Shown here in pieces: positions 20,039 to 28,980 of a stretch of 64,000 bases of DNA. The translations under genes were made by a program, and so were the position numbers. This DNA is from Capsulimonadaceae bacterium (GTDB lineage Bacteria > Armatimonadota > Armatimonadia > Armatimonadales > Capsulimonadaceae). Every line of letters starts with the position of its first letter. The first letter of the stretch is position 1. The stretch covers positions 672,001 to 736,000 of the forward strand of contig OZ244065.1 in the NCBI GenBank assembly GCA_965215505.1, written 5' to 3'. The notes beneath the pieces were generated by a model, which saw nothing but the letters and a program-made list of their open reading frames with translations, searched no databases and was not told where the DNA came from.

Positions 20039-20586
20039 CCTACCCCCATGCCTGTACCGGGCGGGCCGCCGGAGGCCTCCTGCGAGTCCAGGCGGGCCAG
20101 GACGGCTTGCAGAGTGGTTTCCAGTTCGGCGATCTTGCGAAAGGTCCGCACGTTCACCTCATAATCCAGCTCCGCCCGCTTGGCGTCATACTTCGCCTGC
20201 CGGTTCTGGCTGATGAGGACGAAGCCGGTGATGAAGATCGTCTCCATCGCGAGGATGATTCCGAGCAGGGCGAACGGCGGGGCGTCGAAGCGCGGAGCCA
20301 TCACCAAAACGCCAGTGTTGATCGCCGTCCAGCCCAGGAACCAGAGCAGGTGGACGCCCAAAAACTGCGGCTTCCCGATCCCCGCGACTACGCGGTCCGC
20401 CAGCGCCTCGTGCCAGCGGGCGTCCTTCTTTAGTTCCTCCCGCACATAGGCGAAGCCGCCCAGCGCCTTGTGGCAGGCCGGAACGGCACAGAAGACGGCG
20501 TCCGGCGCGTTCGCGCCGCCGCAAGCGGGGCAGACGAGGGGTGACGCCCCGTGTACGGCCGAATGTATACTCTCCACGGACGCCAT
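20035..20586 (-). CDS. zinc-ribbon + DUF1003 membrane protein
   Basis: CPACGGANAPDAVFC..C; FDAPPFALLGIILAMETIF; LISQNRQ; RAELDYEVN. Confidence 0.85.
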   Translation of the reverse strand: MASVESIHSAVHGASPLVCPACGGANAPDAVFCAVPACHKALGGFAYVREELKKDARWHEALADRVVAGIGKPQFLGVHLLWFLGWTAINTGVLVMAPRFDAPPFALLGIILAMETIFITGFVLISQNRQAKYDAKRAELDYEVNVRTFRKIAELETTLQAVLARLDSQEASGGPPGTGMGVG

Positions 20587-20625
20587 TCTCTGCCTCCCAG
20601 TCGCTGACACGAAGCGGGGCCTTGC

Positions 20626-21504
20626 TCAATGCAGGGCCGACGCTTCCGCCAGGTCCGCGAACAGCGTGGGGGCCGTCGGCTCCCAGCCCAACGTCTGCCG
20701 CGCCTTGCGGCTCGTCGCCTTCTGGTCCAGCGCGAGCGCATCGGCGAACGGCCCCAAATCCTGCCGGGCGTCTTCCAGCGGCCAGGGCTGAGTCTTGCCG
20801 GGGACGCCCGCCGCCTCGCTGACCGCCTGGGCGATCTCCCGGACCGTCGGCGTTTCGTCGCCGGCGGCGAGGAACAGGGACCCAGGCGGGGCCGTCTCCA
20901 GGGCGAGGACGTACATTGCGGCCAGGTCCTCGACGTGGATCACCGACCAGTGCTGCTCGCCCGTGCCGACATAACGCACCGATCCGGCGGCCTGCGCCTG
21001 CTTCACCATCCATGCCAACATGCCGCCGCCCGACCCGTAAACGACGCCGGGGCGGATGACGATGCCATGTCCGGCCTCGGAGAGAACGCGCCGTTCGTGC
21101 GCGGGCCGCCAGGCGACCAGAGGCGTCGGGTCGAGGGGCGTGTCCTCATCGGCGACGGCCCCATGCGTGTCGCCGATGACCCAGAGGCCGCTGGTATAGA
21201 GGAACGGCTTGTTGGTGCCGTTCAGCCCGTCCAGGATGGCGTCCAGCGCGAATCCATCCTTTTGAGCAGCTCCGGCATCGCCGGTGGAGGCCGTGTGGAT
21301 GACCGCGCCCGCCGCCCGTGCCGCCCCGATGATGGCGCTAGCATTCGAGAGGCTGCCGCGCACCGCCTCGACGCCCGCCTCTTCCAGTTTCTGCACGGCC
21401 TCTTCCGAGCGGGCCAGCCCCGAGACGCGGTTGCCGACGGCCAGAAGCGCCTGGGCCACGGCGAAGCCGATGTAGCCGGTCGCGCCGGTCACAAATACTT
21501 TCAT
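20626..21504 (-). CDS. NAD-dependent epimerase/dehydratase (atypical SDR)
   Basis: VFVTGATGYIG, YTSG, HVEDLA. Confidence 0.9.
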   Translation of the reverse strand: MKVFVTGATGYIGFAVAQALLAVGNRVSGLARSEEAVQKLEEAGVEAVRGSLSNASAIIGAARAAGAVIHTASTGDAGAAQKDGFALDAILDGLNGTNKPFLYTSGLWVIGDTHGAVADEDTPLDPTPLVAWRPAHERRVLSEAGHGIVIRPGVVYGSGGGMLAWMVKQAQAAGSVRYVGTGEQHWSVIHVEDLAAMYVLALETAPPGSLFLAAGDETPTVREIAQAVSEAAGVPGKTQPWPLEDARQDLGPFADALALDQKATSRKARQTLGWEPTAPTLFADLAEASALH

Positions 21505-21572
21505 GGTGTTTTCTCCTGCCAGCCCGAACAGGGGGGATAAAAAAGGAGTTCCCGCGTCCCAGGGCTAAAGGG

Positions 21573-22280
21573 ATGACCATGGGGGAGACTTACGACATCA
21601 TCGGCGACGTTCACGGCTGCTCGGACGCCCTCCGCCGCCTGTGCGACGTGCTGGGCTATGACGGGGCCTTCCACCACCCCGAAGATCGGCGGCTGGTCTT
21701 CCTGGGCGATCTTGCCGACCGTGGCCCGGACAGCCTGGGCGTTTTAACACTGGTCGCCCGCCTGGTCAGCCGGGGCCGCGCCCTGCTGACGCTTGGCAAC
21801 CACGACGATGCCCTGCTGCGCTGGCTCTGCGGGGAGCCGATAGACATCCACCGGGGCGGACTAGCGGAAACCATCGTCCAGATCGAGGCACGGCCTGACC
21901 GAAAGAAGTTCAAGAAAGCGCTGGCTACGCTTTATCTTCGCGCCCCCATCTACCTGCTCCTTGACGGCGGCGCACTCATCGTCGCTCACGCGGGGATCGA
22001 GGAGGGGATGATCGGGAAGGCAGACCCCGAGACGCGCCGGTTCGTCCTGAACGGGGACGCCATCGGCAAGTCCCCCGAAGGCAAGACGCTGCGGCGAGAC
22101 TGGGCGGCGGACTATCACGGGGTGGCCTTTATCGTCTATGGCCACACGCCGCAGGAGCGAGCGGAGATCCGGGGGAACACGGTCAACATCGACACGGGTG
22201 CCTACCGGGAAGGGCTGCTGACCGCCCTCCGCTGGCCGGAGCGGGCCTTGGTTTCCGTTCCGGCGCGTCTCTTGGGGTAG
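21573..22280 (+). CDS. metallophosphoesterase (PrpE/ApaH/Pnkp-phosphatase-like)
   Basis: GDVHGC, GDLADRGP, GNHD, AHAG, YGHTP, NIDTG. Confidence 0.9.
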   Translation: MTMGETYDIIGDVHGCSDALRRLCDVLGYDGAFHHPEDRRLVFLGDLADRGPDSLGVLTLVARLVSRGRALLTLGNHDDALLRWLCGEPIDIHRGGLAETIVQIEARPDRKKFKKALATLYLRAPIYLLLDGGALIVAHAGIEEGMIGKADPETRRFVLNGDAIGKSPEGKTLRRDWAADYHGVAFIVYGHTPQERAEIRGNTVNIDTGAYREGLLTALRWPERALVSVPARLLG

Positions 22281-23515
22281 GAATAGCGGCCACGTCCTAT
22301 GGTGGGCAGGGCGGGCGGGCCACAGGCCATTAACAGGCCATAGGCCGCAAGAGGGTTGGGGAACCCAACCCCTACGCGGCGGCGTGTAGGGGCGGGATTC
22401 CCCCGCCCCCTTTCCGATCCTCGCCCTTTCTGTCCTCGCCTCCTGCGACACCGGACTGCACCCGCAGGATTGCACTTCTGCGCTGCCCCCCACAATGCCA
22501 CCGCATAAGCCCCAATCGCCCACAGCCAGACGAAAGAACGCCCCCTCCCCTGTGGAAGGAAGGGCCGCGCCGCCGCTTCCACAGCAGGCCGGAACAATGC
22601 GGCCTCATGGACATCGCCCGGCGCGCTGCCTTCCAGGGCATCCAGACGCGGCTTTTCGGCGGCGTAGGTGGCCGCATAACGGCGAACGACGCTATGGATC
22701 AGGGCGGCGTACATGCCCTGGCGGCTTTGGAAATCGGTCACGTCGGCGGGGCTGCCGGATTGCGTCTCGACCAGCGCGCTCAGGACATGTTGGCGGGCGA
22801 ACCAGCGGTGCGCCAGGCGCGGGTCCGAGTCCGCGCCCCAGGCCGTCGGGTGGACCGCGTAGCCGCAGGCGGCCAGATCCCGCACGGCCCGGCTCTGCAA
22901 GGCGTGGGAGGCTTTCCCCAGCCCCGTCGCCGCCTCGCGCGGGACCTCGACGCAGTCGGCGTTGTACTCGTCGTCGCCGTCCCAGTTGTGGGCGTCAATG
23001 ACCAGGCCGGGCCGCAGCAGGCGGGCGGCGTCGGCGACGGCGCGCGTCTCGGGCTGGTGGAAAACGCCCCAGTCACGGTTCAGGTCGGCCCCGACGCCAT
23101 TGCCGCGCGTGTCAGCCTCGGACCCGTCCGGATTGACCATCGGGACGAGGTACAGGGTGACATGGGCCAGGGCGGCGCGCAGGACCGGGTCACCGCCCCC
23201 GGCAACGCGGTGAATGAGACCCAGGACCGCCTCGGTGGAGGCAGGCTCATCGCCGTGCTGACGACACAGGACCAGCACGCGGATCGTCCGGACGGGGTCG
23301 ACGCCTGGGGGGGCGAGGCGGACTAGCCACAGGTCGCGCCCGCCTTTGGCGGACTTGCCGAGGGAGGTGACGCGCACCAGGGGGGAGCGGGCGGCATCGG
23401 CCTTGAGCTGGGTCGTCATGCGCCCGTAGGGGGTGACATTCGGCTGGGCGGCGACTCTCAGGCCAAGCCACAGCCCGAGGAAGAGCAGCGCGCAGGTTGT
23501 CACGGGGAGTCGCAT
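22202..23515 (-). CDS. M14 zinc carboxypeptidase with signal peptide and C-terminal TM segment
   Basis: RQHGDE, NPDG, DLNR, IDAH, LVET. The low-complexity tail reads through a REP doublet and overlaps the convergent gene by 79 bp. Confidence 0.8.
   Translation of the reverse strand: MRLPVTTCALLFLGLWLGLRVAAQPNVTPYGRMTTQLKADAARSPLVRVTSLGKSAKGGRDLWLVRLAPPGVDPVRTIRVLVLCRQHGDEPASTEAVLGLIHRVAGGGDPVLRAALAHVTLYLVPMVNPDGSEADTRGNGVGADLNRDWGVFHQPETRAVADAARLLRPGLVIDAHNWDGDDEYNADCVEVPREAATGLGKASHALQSRAVRDLAACGYAVHPTAWGADSDPRLAHRWFARQHVLSALVETQSGSPADVTDFQSRQGMYAALIHSVVRRYAATYAAEKPRLDALEGSAPGDVHEAALFRPAVEAAARPFLPQGRGRSFVWLWAIGAYAVALWGAAQKCNPAGAVRCRRRRGQKGRGSERGRGNPAPTRRRVGVGFPNPLAAYGLLMACGPPALPTIGRGRYSYPKRRAGTETKARSGQRRAVSSPSR
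22352..22409. repeat. GTAG-REP doublet (REPIN)
   Basis: AGGGTTGGGGAACCCAACCCCTAC - 10 bp - GTAGGGGCGGGATTCCCCCGCCCC. Confidence 0.8.
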
Positions 23516-23528
23516 ACGGCAAATCGCG

Positions 23529-24656
23529 TCAGGCGAACCGGTCTTCGTAGAGGCGAGGCAGGCGCGCGCTCGCCGTGATGCGGCGGGCGGGAACCGTCAC
23601 CACGTCGCCGACCGCAGCGCCGGGAACGTCGGTCACATCCACCGTGCAGATCTGCATCGCCACGCGGCCCACGACCGGCGCGCGCTTGCCCCGGACCGTG
23701 ACCGCGACGGGGGCGGGCCGCAGCAGGTTCTTCAGCCCGCGCAGGCCTGTCCCGACGCTGGCCGGGGCGACCGTGAAGCCGTCGGCATAGCCGACCGGCA
23801 GGACGGCAAGCCTTGTCGGGCGGCGCGTGACGAACTCGCCGCCGTAGCCGATGGCGCTGCCCGCCGGGACGTCCCGGACGGCGACGACCCGCGCCAGCAT
23901 CCGCCACGTCTCGTGCAGGTCGAGACTGCGCGGCACGGCCGCTGACGGGTATTGCCCGTACAGAATCGTGCCGGGCCGGACGGCATCCAGCCGCAGATCG
24001 GGGAAGCGAACCAGGGCGGCAGAGTTGGCGCAGTGCCGCAGGCCGGGGTCAATGCCCGCGCGCTCCAGACCGCGCAGGACCCGGTCGAACTCGTCAAACT
24101 GCCGCCGCGTCGCGGTTTCATCTTTTTCCAGGGCACGGGCGAAGTGCGTGTAAAGCCCGGCGAAGATCAGGCCCGGCGTCCCGGCGATCTTCTGCGCGAG
24201 TTCCAGCGCCTCGGGCGGCAGCGCGCCGAGCCTCCCCATACCCGTATCCACTTTCAGATGCACCCGCGCAGGCTTACCTAACACGCGCGCCGCCTCCGCT
24301 GCGGCGTCCAGGTCAACCTCAGAACCGACCGTCAGGTCACAATCGGCGGCCAGCAGCGTCACGATCTGCTCCGGCAAGGCGGGCAGGAAGACGAGGATAC
24401 GGCCTACGATGCCCGCCGCGCGCAGTTCCATCGCCTCGGCGGGCGTCGTGACGGCGAAGAAGTCCGCGCCCGCGCCCTGGAAGATGCGCGCCGTCTCCCC
24501 CGCCCCATGCCCGAAGGCGTTGGACTTGACGACGGCGATGATCTGCGGCGGCTTCTCCGTCCCCTGGGCCAGCAGAGAGCGCACGGCCTGGAAATTGTGT
24601 GCCAGTGCGCCCCGGCTGACGGCGACCCAGGCATCGGGCGTGATGGTGTCGGTCAC
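23529..24656 (-). CDS. alr: alanine racemase
   Basis: AVVKSNAFGHG PLP-Lys motif, HLKVDTGMGRLG, ANSAA, VRPG, IGYG, VGYADG, GRVAM; GTG start overlaps the upstream TGA. Confidence 0.95.
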   Translation of the reverse strand: MTDTITPDAWVAVSRGALAHNFQAVRSLLAQGTEKPPQIIAVVKSNAFGHGAGETARIFQGAGADFFAVTTPAEAMELRAAGIVGRILVFLPALPEQIVTLLAADCDLTVGSEVDLDAAAEAARVLGKPARVHLKVDTGMGRLGALPPEALELAQKIAGTPGLIFAGLYTHFARALEKDETATRRQFDEFDRVLRGLERAGIDPGLRHCANSAALVRFPDLRLDAVRPGTILYGQYPSAAVPRSLDLHETWRMLARVVAVRDVPAGSAIGYGGEFVTRRPTRLAVLPVGYADGFTVAPASVGTGLRGLKNLLRPAPVAVTVRGKRAPVVGRVAMQICTVDVTDVPGAAVGDVVTVPARRITASARLPRLYEDRFA

Positions 24657-25774
24657 TCGGTTCCCTTCTCCGACGGCGGCGGAACCGGCACGGTCGGTGT
24701 GGCGGCCGAGCGCGGCACCGATTGGTGCCGTGACGCCAAAACCTGCGTTTGGCGCGGGTGCGCGGCCTGCCACCCAGCGGCCTCCGCCAGCAGCCGGCCG
24801 CGGTCGCCCGCCTCGTCGCGCAGAACGGTCAGCATGAACTGCTCGTGCGCGGCGGCGCGGGCGGCAACGGTGCGCCCGCTGCCGGTGAGGCGCGTCGTCT
24901 CGAACAAGATGGTCGGCACACCAAGCACAATCGCGCCGTAGCGGTGGGCCAGCCGCGCCGGGTGCGTGTCCGTGATCCAATGGCTGACGACGGGGAAGCC
25001 CTCCGCCAGCATCGCTCCCTGAACGACCGCCTGCGCGTCATCACAAGCGGCGACGACAGGGGCGCTTGCTCCGCTGCCCGCCTGGGCCGCCTCGGTGAAG
25101 TCCGGGCGCGGGTCGTTTGGGTACAGCTCGTGCTGGTCGGTCATCAGGTCCGGGTGCAGCCTTGAAATGGCCGCGTAGAGCGCCCGCGTCTCGGGCTGCG
25201 TTCGGTGCAGCCAGTCCCGGTTCAGGTCTACATTGTGAGCGTTATGCCGCAGGAAGGCTTCGGAGCCGTCCGGGTTCGCCATCGGCACGACCATGACCGT
25301 TGTCTGCTTCAAATAGCCCGCCAGCGGCGTGTCCTCGTCGGCCTTCACGAGCGAGTTGATGAACACCAGGGCACCCTCGGTGCTGGCCGGCTCGTGGCCG
25401 TGCTGGCGGCAGAGATAGAAGATGCGTTTTGGCCCCCCGGCCCCTAATTTTGGGTGGGGCTGAGGGGAACGGCCCGTAGGGGCACCGCTTGCCGTGCCCT
25501 CTTCTCCTAGTCCGGCTCCCCCAATATTGGGGGCAGGGGGGGCCGACAGCGTGACCATCCACAGGCTACGGCCCCTGACGGAGCGGCCCAGGCTAGTGAG
25601 CATCATCCGGTTGGCGTGAGACTTGTCGTAGTCCTGGAGCGACCGGAGCTGCCGGAGCATGGCGGCATAGCGCGTCGTGCCCGGAGGCCGGGTCAGGTCC
25701 TTCTCAGCGCGGGCCGGGGCATTGGCGAGGGCCAGAAAGAGCAGCGCCGGGAGGGCGCGAATCCAGTGAGGCAT
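24653..25774 (-). CDS. secreted M14 zinc carboxypeptidase with in-frame palindromic insertion
   Basis: RQHGHE, NPDG, DLNRD, TDQHE, ILFET; paralog of 22202-23515. Confidence 0.85.
   Translation of the reverse strand: MPHWIRALPALLFLALANAPARAEKDLTRPPGTTRYAAMLRQLRSLQDYDKSHANRMMLTSLGRSVRGRSLWMVTLSAPPAPNIGGAGLGEEGTASGAPTGRSPQPHPKLGAGGPKRIFYLCRQHGHEPASTEGALVFINSLVKADEDTPLAGYLKQTTVMVVPMANPDGSEAFLRHNAHNVDLNRDWLHRTQPETRALYAAISRLHPDLMTDQHELYPNDPRPDFTEAAQAGSGASAPVVAACDDAQAVVQGAMLAEGFPVVSHWITDTHPARLAHRYGAIVLGVPTILFETTRLTGSGRTVAARAAAHEQFMLTVLRDEAGDRGRLLAEAAGWQAAHPRQTQVLASRHQSVPRSAATPTVPVPPPSEKGTE
25431..25544. repeat. 114-bp intragenic palindromic element with nested GTAG-REP
   Basis: Imperfect terminal IRs GGCCCCCCGGCCCCTAATTTTGGG / CCCAATATTGGGGGCAGGGGGGGCC; nested GTAGGGGCACCGCTTGCCGTGCCCT at 25476-25500. 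Confidence 0.75.
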
Positions 25775-25833
25775 GACTTGCTTCCTCTTTTGGGATTATC
25801 GGCGGGGGGCTGTCAAATATACAGGGCTTCTGG

Positions 25834-25893
25834 AGGGCGGGGGGACGCCGCCCCTACAAGATTACGGCGTAGGGGAGCGATTCATCACGCCCT
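25834..25893. repeat. GTAG-REP doublet (REPIN)
   Basis: AGGGCGGGGGGACGCCGCCCCTAC - 11 bp - GTAGGGGAGCGATTCATCACGCCCT. Confidence 0.8.
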
Positions 25894-25923
25894 CTGTCCA
25901 ACTTGACGACGAGAGCGAGTCGG

Positions 25924-27075
25924 TTAGCGCCCCTTCACCTTGCGGACCATCTTTTGGTAAGTCGGCTTGCCGGTCGTGTAGACCCAGTAGGCGGCCTTGT
26001 TATAGACGAGGTCGAACTCGCCGACGTACTCGACGTAGCGCGTGCCGAAGCCCTCTTTGAAGCGGTTCAAGCCCTGCAAGTGGTCTTCCTTCTCCACTTC
26101 GGCGGCGGACTCGCCTTCCTGACGGCGGCGCGGGCTGACGCCCCGGAAGTCGTACCAGACGCAGCCCGCCTCGCGCGCCCAGCGGATCATCGCCCACTGC
26201 ATCGCATAGTTCGGCATGACGTTCCGGTGTTCGTTGGACGACTCGCCGTAGACGTACCAGGCCTTGTCGCCGATGATAAAACACAAAGCGCCGGACAAGA
26301 TCTGGCCCTGGTAGCGGGTCATGAACAGCTTCGCCATGCCGGCGGGGACCAGGTTGTCCCAGAGCGTCTGGAAGTAGGACAGCGGGCGGGGGCGGAAGCC
26401 GTTGCGCGCGCCCGTCACCTGCATCAAGTCGTTGAAGACGACCAGATCGTCCCGCGTCAGGTCCGTCAGCACCTCGACGCCGTGCTTCTCCAGCCCCAGC
26501 TTGATGTTACGGCGCACCTGCGGCTTGAACGCGGCCAGCAGGTCCGCCTCGGTGCGGCCCGCCAGGTCAAGCTGCATGACGCAGCGCGGCTGCGTCCCGC
26601 CGAAGCCCTGCACGTCGAAGTCGGGCGGCGGCGCGAAGCCATGCCGGGTCAGCAGGGCGGTCACATCGGCGCGCTCCACGGGCACGGCGGGGTCAATCTT
26701 GAGGAACGCCGCCCCGTCTTTGGCGGCGCGGTCACGGACGGCGGCCAGAAGGACGGACAATGCAGACTCGTCGGACCAGTCTTCCAGGAGTGGGCCGCGC
26801 GGGGCGTAGAAGAACGGGCCGACGAGGGGCAGTTTGCGGCGCAGCAGGGAGACGCCGCCGGTCATGGTGTCGCCCCGGAAGAGGCCGAGCCGGATCGGAG
26901 CCCAGTCGGCGCTCTTGACGCCCCCCCACTCCCAGGATTGCAGCACGTCGCCCTCGGGGACGCGGCCCACGAATGCGTTCCAGGCGGCGTGTTCCGACGG
27001 GCCGGTCAGCTCCCGGACGGCGAGCGGCTTGGCCGTGGGTTGTGTTTCGGATGCGGGGGAAGTCGTGAGGATCAA
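25924..27075 (-). CDS. FemABX/FemX-family aminoacyl-tRNA-dependent lipid II peptidyltransferase
   Basis: LQSWEWGGVK, YAPRGP, FLKIDP, QP, RRNIK, PNYAMQWAMI, YDFRG, GLNRFKEGFG. Confidence 0.92.
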   Translation of the reverse strand: MILTTSPASETQPTAKPLAVRELTGPSEHAAWNAFVGRVPEGDVLQSWEWGGVKSADWAPIRLGLFRGDTMTGGVSLLRRKLPLVGPFFYAPRGPLLEDWSDESALSVLLAAVRDRAAKDGAAFLKIDPAVPVERADVTALLTRHGFAPPPDFDVQGFGGTQPRCVMQLDLAGRTEADLLAAFKPQVRRNIKLGLEKHGVEVLTDLTRDDLVVFNDLMQVTGARNGFRPRPLSYFQTLWDNLVPAGMAKLFMTRYQGQILSGALCFIIGDKAWYVYGESSNEHRNVMPNYAMQWAMIRWAREAGCVWYDFRGVSPRRRQEGESAAEVEKEDHLQGLNRFKEGFGTRYVEYVGEFDLVYNKAAYWVYTTGKPTYQKMVRKVKGR

Positions 27076-27120
27076 AGGGCGGTTGCTCCTGGGGCAAAGT
27101 CTGGGACGGTGAGATGGTTA

Positions 27121-27149
27121 AGTATGGCACAGGCAGGCGCGCGTGTCAA
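27121..27149 (-). promoter_or_regulatory. sigma70-type promoter for the FemABX gene
   Basis: TTGACA-N17-CATACT with extended TG, minus strand. Confidence 0.65.
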
Positions 27150-28042
27150 CCGCCGTCACGCCGCCGGACCTGTTCGCGGACGATGCAGAGGAAATTTTGC
27201 AGGGCGGGCGAGGCATCCTCCTTGCGCGTGACGACTGCAAGCTCCGTGCGCGGCGCGGAGTCCGGCAGGGGGCGGTAGACGACGCCGTCGCGGTGGAGGT
27301 GCTGGACGCTGGCGGGCAGGAGGGCGATGCCCAGGCCCGCCGCCACCAGGCTGATCGCCGTCTGCATCTCGCGCACCTCCTGAACGACATGGGGCGTGAA
27401 GCCGGCCCCCTCGCAGACGGCGCGGACGACTTGGGCATAAGAGGGCAGCGGCTTTTCTGGGAACGAGACGAACGGCTCCCCGGCCAGCATCGTCAGCGAC
27501 AGTTCGGGCAGCCCCGCCAGCGGGTGGGCGGCGGGCAGGGCGACAAGGAACGGCTCGCGCAGGATGGCCTCGACGGTGGCATCAACCTCATCAGTGTGGG
27601 GCCGGGCAAACCCGACATGGATGCTGCGGTCGCGCAAGGCGGCGGACTGCTCCACGGCGTTCAGCTCCATCAGCGACAGTGCGACGTCCGGGAACCGTGC
27701 CCGGAAGTCGTGCAGGACGGCGGGCAGCAGGTCGTAGGTGGCCGACGCGGCGAACCCGATGCCGAGCCAGCCCGTCTCGCCGCGCGCCGCCCTTTGTGTA
27801 GACTGCACGGCACCGTCAAGGGTGTCGAGTGTCTGCCGTGCCCCATCCAAGAAAACCTCACCCGCTGGGGTAAGCTGCACCCGGCGGCTGGTCCTCTGGA
27901 ACAGCGTCACGCCCAGTTCACGCTCTAGCTGCTGTATCTGCTGACTGAGCGGCGGCTGGGCGATGAACAGGCGCGCGGCGGCCCGCCCGAAGTGGAGTTC
28001 TTCGGCCACGGCAACGAAATAGCGCAGGTGCCTCAGTTCCAT
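27146..28042 (-). CDS. LysR family transcriptional regulator (BenM/CatR/HcaR-like)
   Basis: MELRHLRYFVAVAEELHFGRAAARLFIAQPPLSQQIQQLE. Confidence 0.95.
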   Translation of the reverse strand: MELRHLRYFVAVAEELHFGRAAARLFIAQPPLSQQIQQLERELGVTLFQRTSRRVQLTPAGEVFLDGARQTLDTLDGAVQSTQRAARGETGWLGIGFAASATYDLLPAVLHDFRARFPDVALSLMELNAVEQSAALRDRSIHVGFARPHTDEVDATVEAILREPFLVALPAAHPLAGLPELSLTMLAGEPFVSFPEKPLPSYAQVVRAVCEGAGFTPHVVQEVREMQTAISLVAAGLGIALLPASVQHLHRDGVVYRPLPDSAPRTELAVVTRKEDASPALQNFLCIVREQVRRRDGG

Positions 28043-28134
28043 AGCCACAGCCTCTCAATCGGGCGACAAAGATATATTGGACACACGCAAGATTATAGCG
28101 CATAATGATCGTGTTTAGGCAGGAGGAGGCCGAC

Positions 28135-28929
28135 ATGAGCGAGACGACAGGAGCGCCAGTGCGCTCGGCGAAGGACCAGTTTGACAAACAGGCCGCCCAT
28201 TATGACAAGCAGTGGAACACCTGGAGTGAGGAGACTTTGGGCTGGCTTCTGGCGAACGCCGCCCCAAAGCCGACCGATTTCGTGCTGGACGTTGCGACCG
28301 GTACGGGCTTTACGGCCCTGGCCTTCGCCCCATTGGTCACGACCGTGATCGGCATGGACGTTTCGCCGGGGATGCTGGAACAGGCCCGCAAACAGGCCGG
28401 AGAGCGGAGGATCGCCAACGCCGTCTTCCAGGAAGGCGCGGCCGAGTCGCTGCCGTTCGGCGAGGGGGCTTTCGACATCGTAACCTGTCGGATCGCGCCG
28501 CACCACTTTTTGAGCGTCGAAAAGTTCCTAGAGGAAGCGGCCCGCGTCCTGAAGACGGGCGGGCGGCTGGCCCTAGTGGACACGGCCGTTCCCGACGACT
28601 CGCCCGAGGCGGCGGCCTGGCAGAACGAAGTAGAGGCCGTGCGCGACCCGTCTCATGTCCGCAACTACACGCCGCAGGAGTGGCGGACGATGGCCGAAGC
28701 GGCGGGCCTGACCGTGACCGAATGCGGCAGCGGCGGGGGCGGCATCACCATCCCCCTGTCCGACTGGATCGTCAAGGCTGGCTGCACGCCCGACCAAGCC
28801 GCCGAGGTCCGCCACCGCTTCGCCGACGCGCCCCAGAGCGCCCGGACGGCGTTCCAGATTGAAACGACGCCGGACGGCGGAACCGTTTTCACCTGGCAGC
28901 GCGTCACGCTCCTGGCCGTGAAGCCGTGA
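28135..28929 (+). CDS. class I SAM-dependent methyltransferase (YcgJ-like)
   Basis: VLDVATGTG, FDIVTCRIAPHHF, RDPSHVR; SD AGGAGG before ATG 28135. Confidence 0.9.
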   Translation: MSETTGAPVRSAKDQFDKQAAHYDKQWNTWSEETLGWLLANAAPKPTDFVLDVATGTGFTALAFAPLVTTVIGMDVSPGMLEQARKQAGERRIANAVFQEGAAESLPFGEGAFDIVTCRIAPHHFLSVEKFLEEAARVLKTGGRLALVDTAVPDDSPEAAAWQNEVEAVRDPSHVRNYTPQEWRTMAEAAGLTVTECGSGGGGITIPLSDWIVKAGCTPDQAAEVRHRFADAPQSARTAFQIETTPDGGTVFTWQRVTLLAVKP

Positions 28930-28980
28930 GAGCAGCCAGAGCGGGTACAATAACGGGAGTTTTAGAAAGGCATTACCCCA

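Noticed and set aside
21573-22280. Pnkp-Hen1 RNA repair system
   Set aside because: Only a stand-alone phosphatase domain; no kinase, ligase or Hen1.
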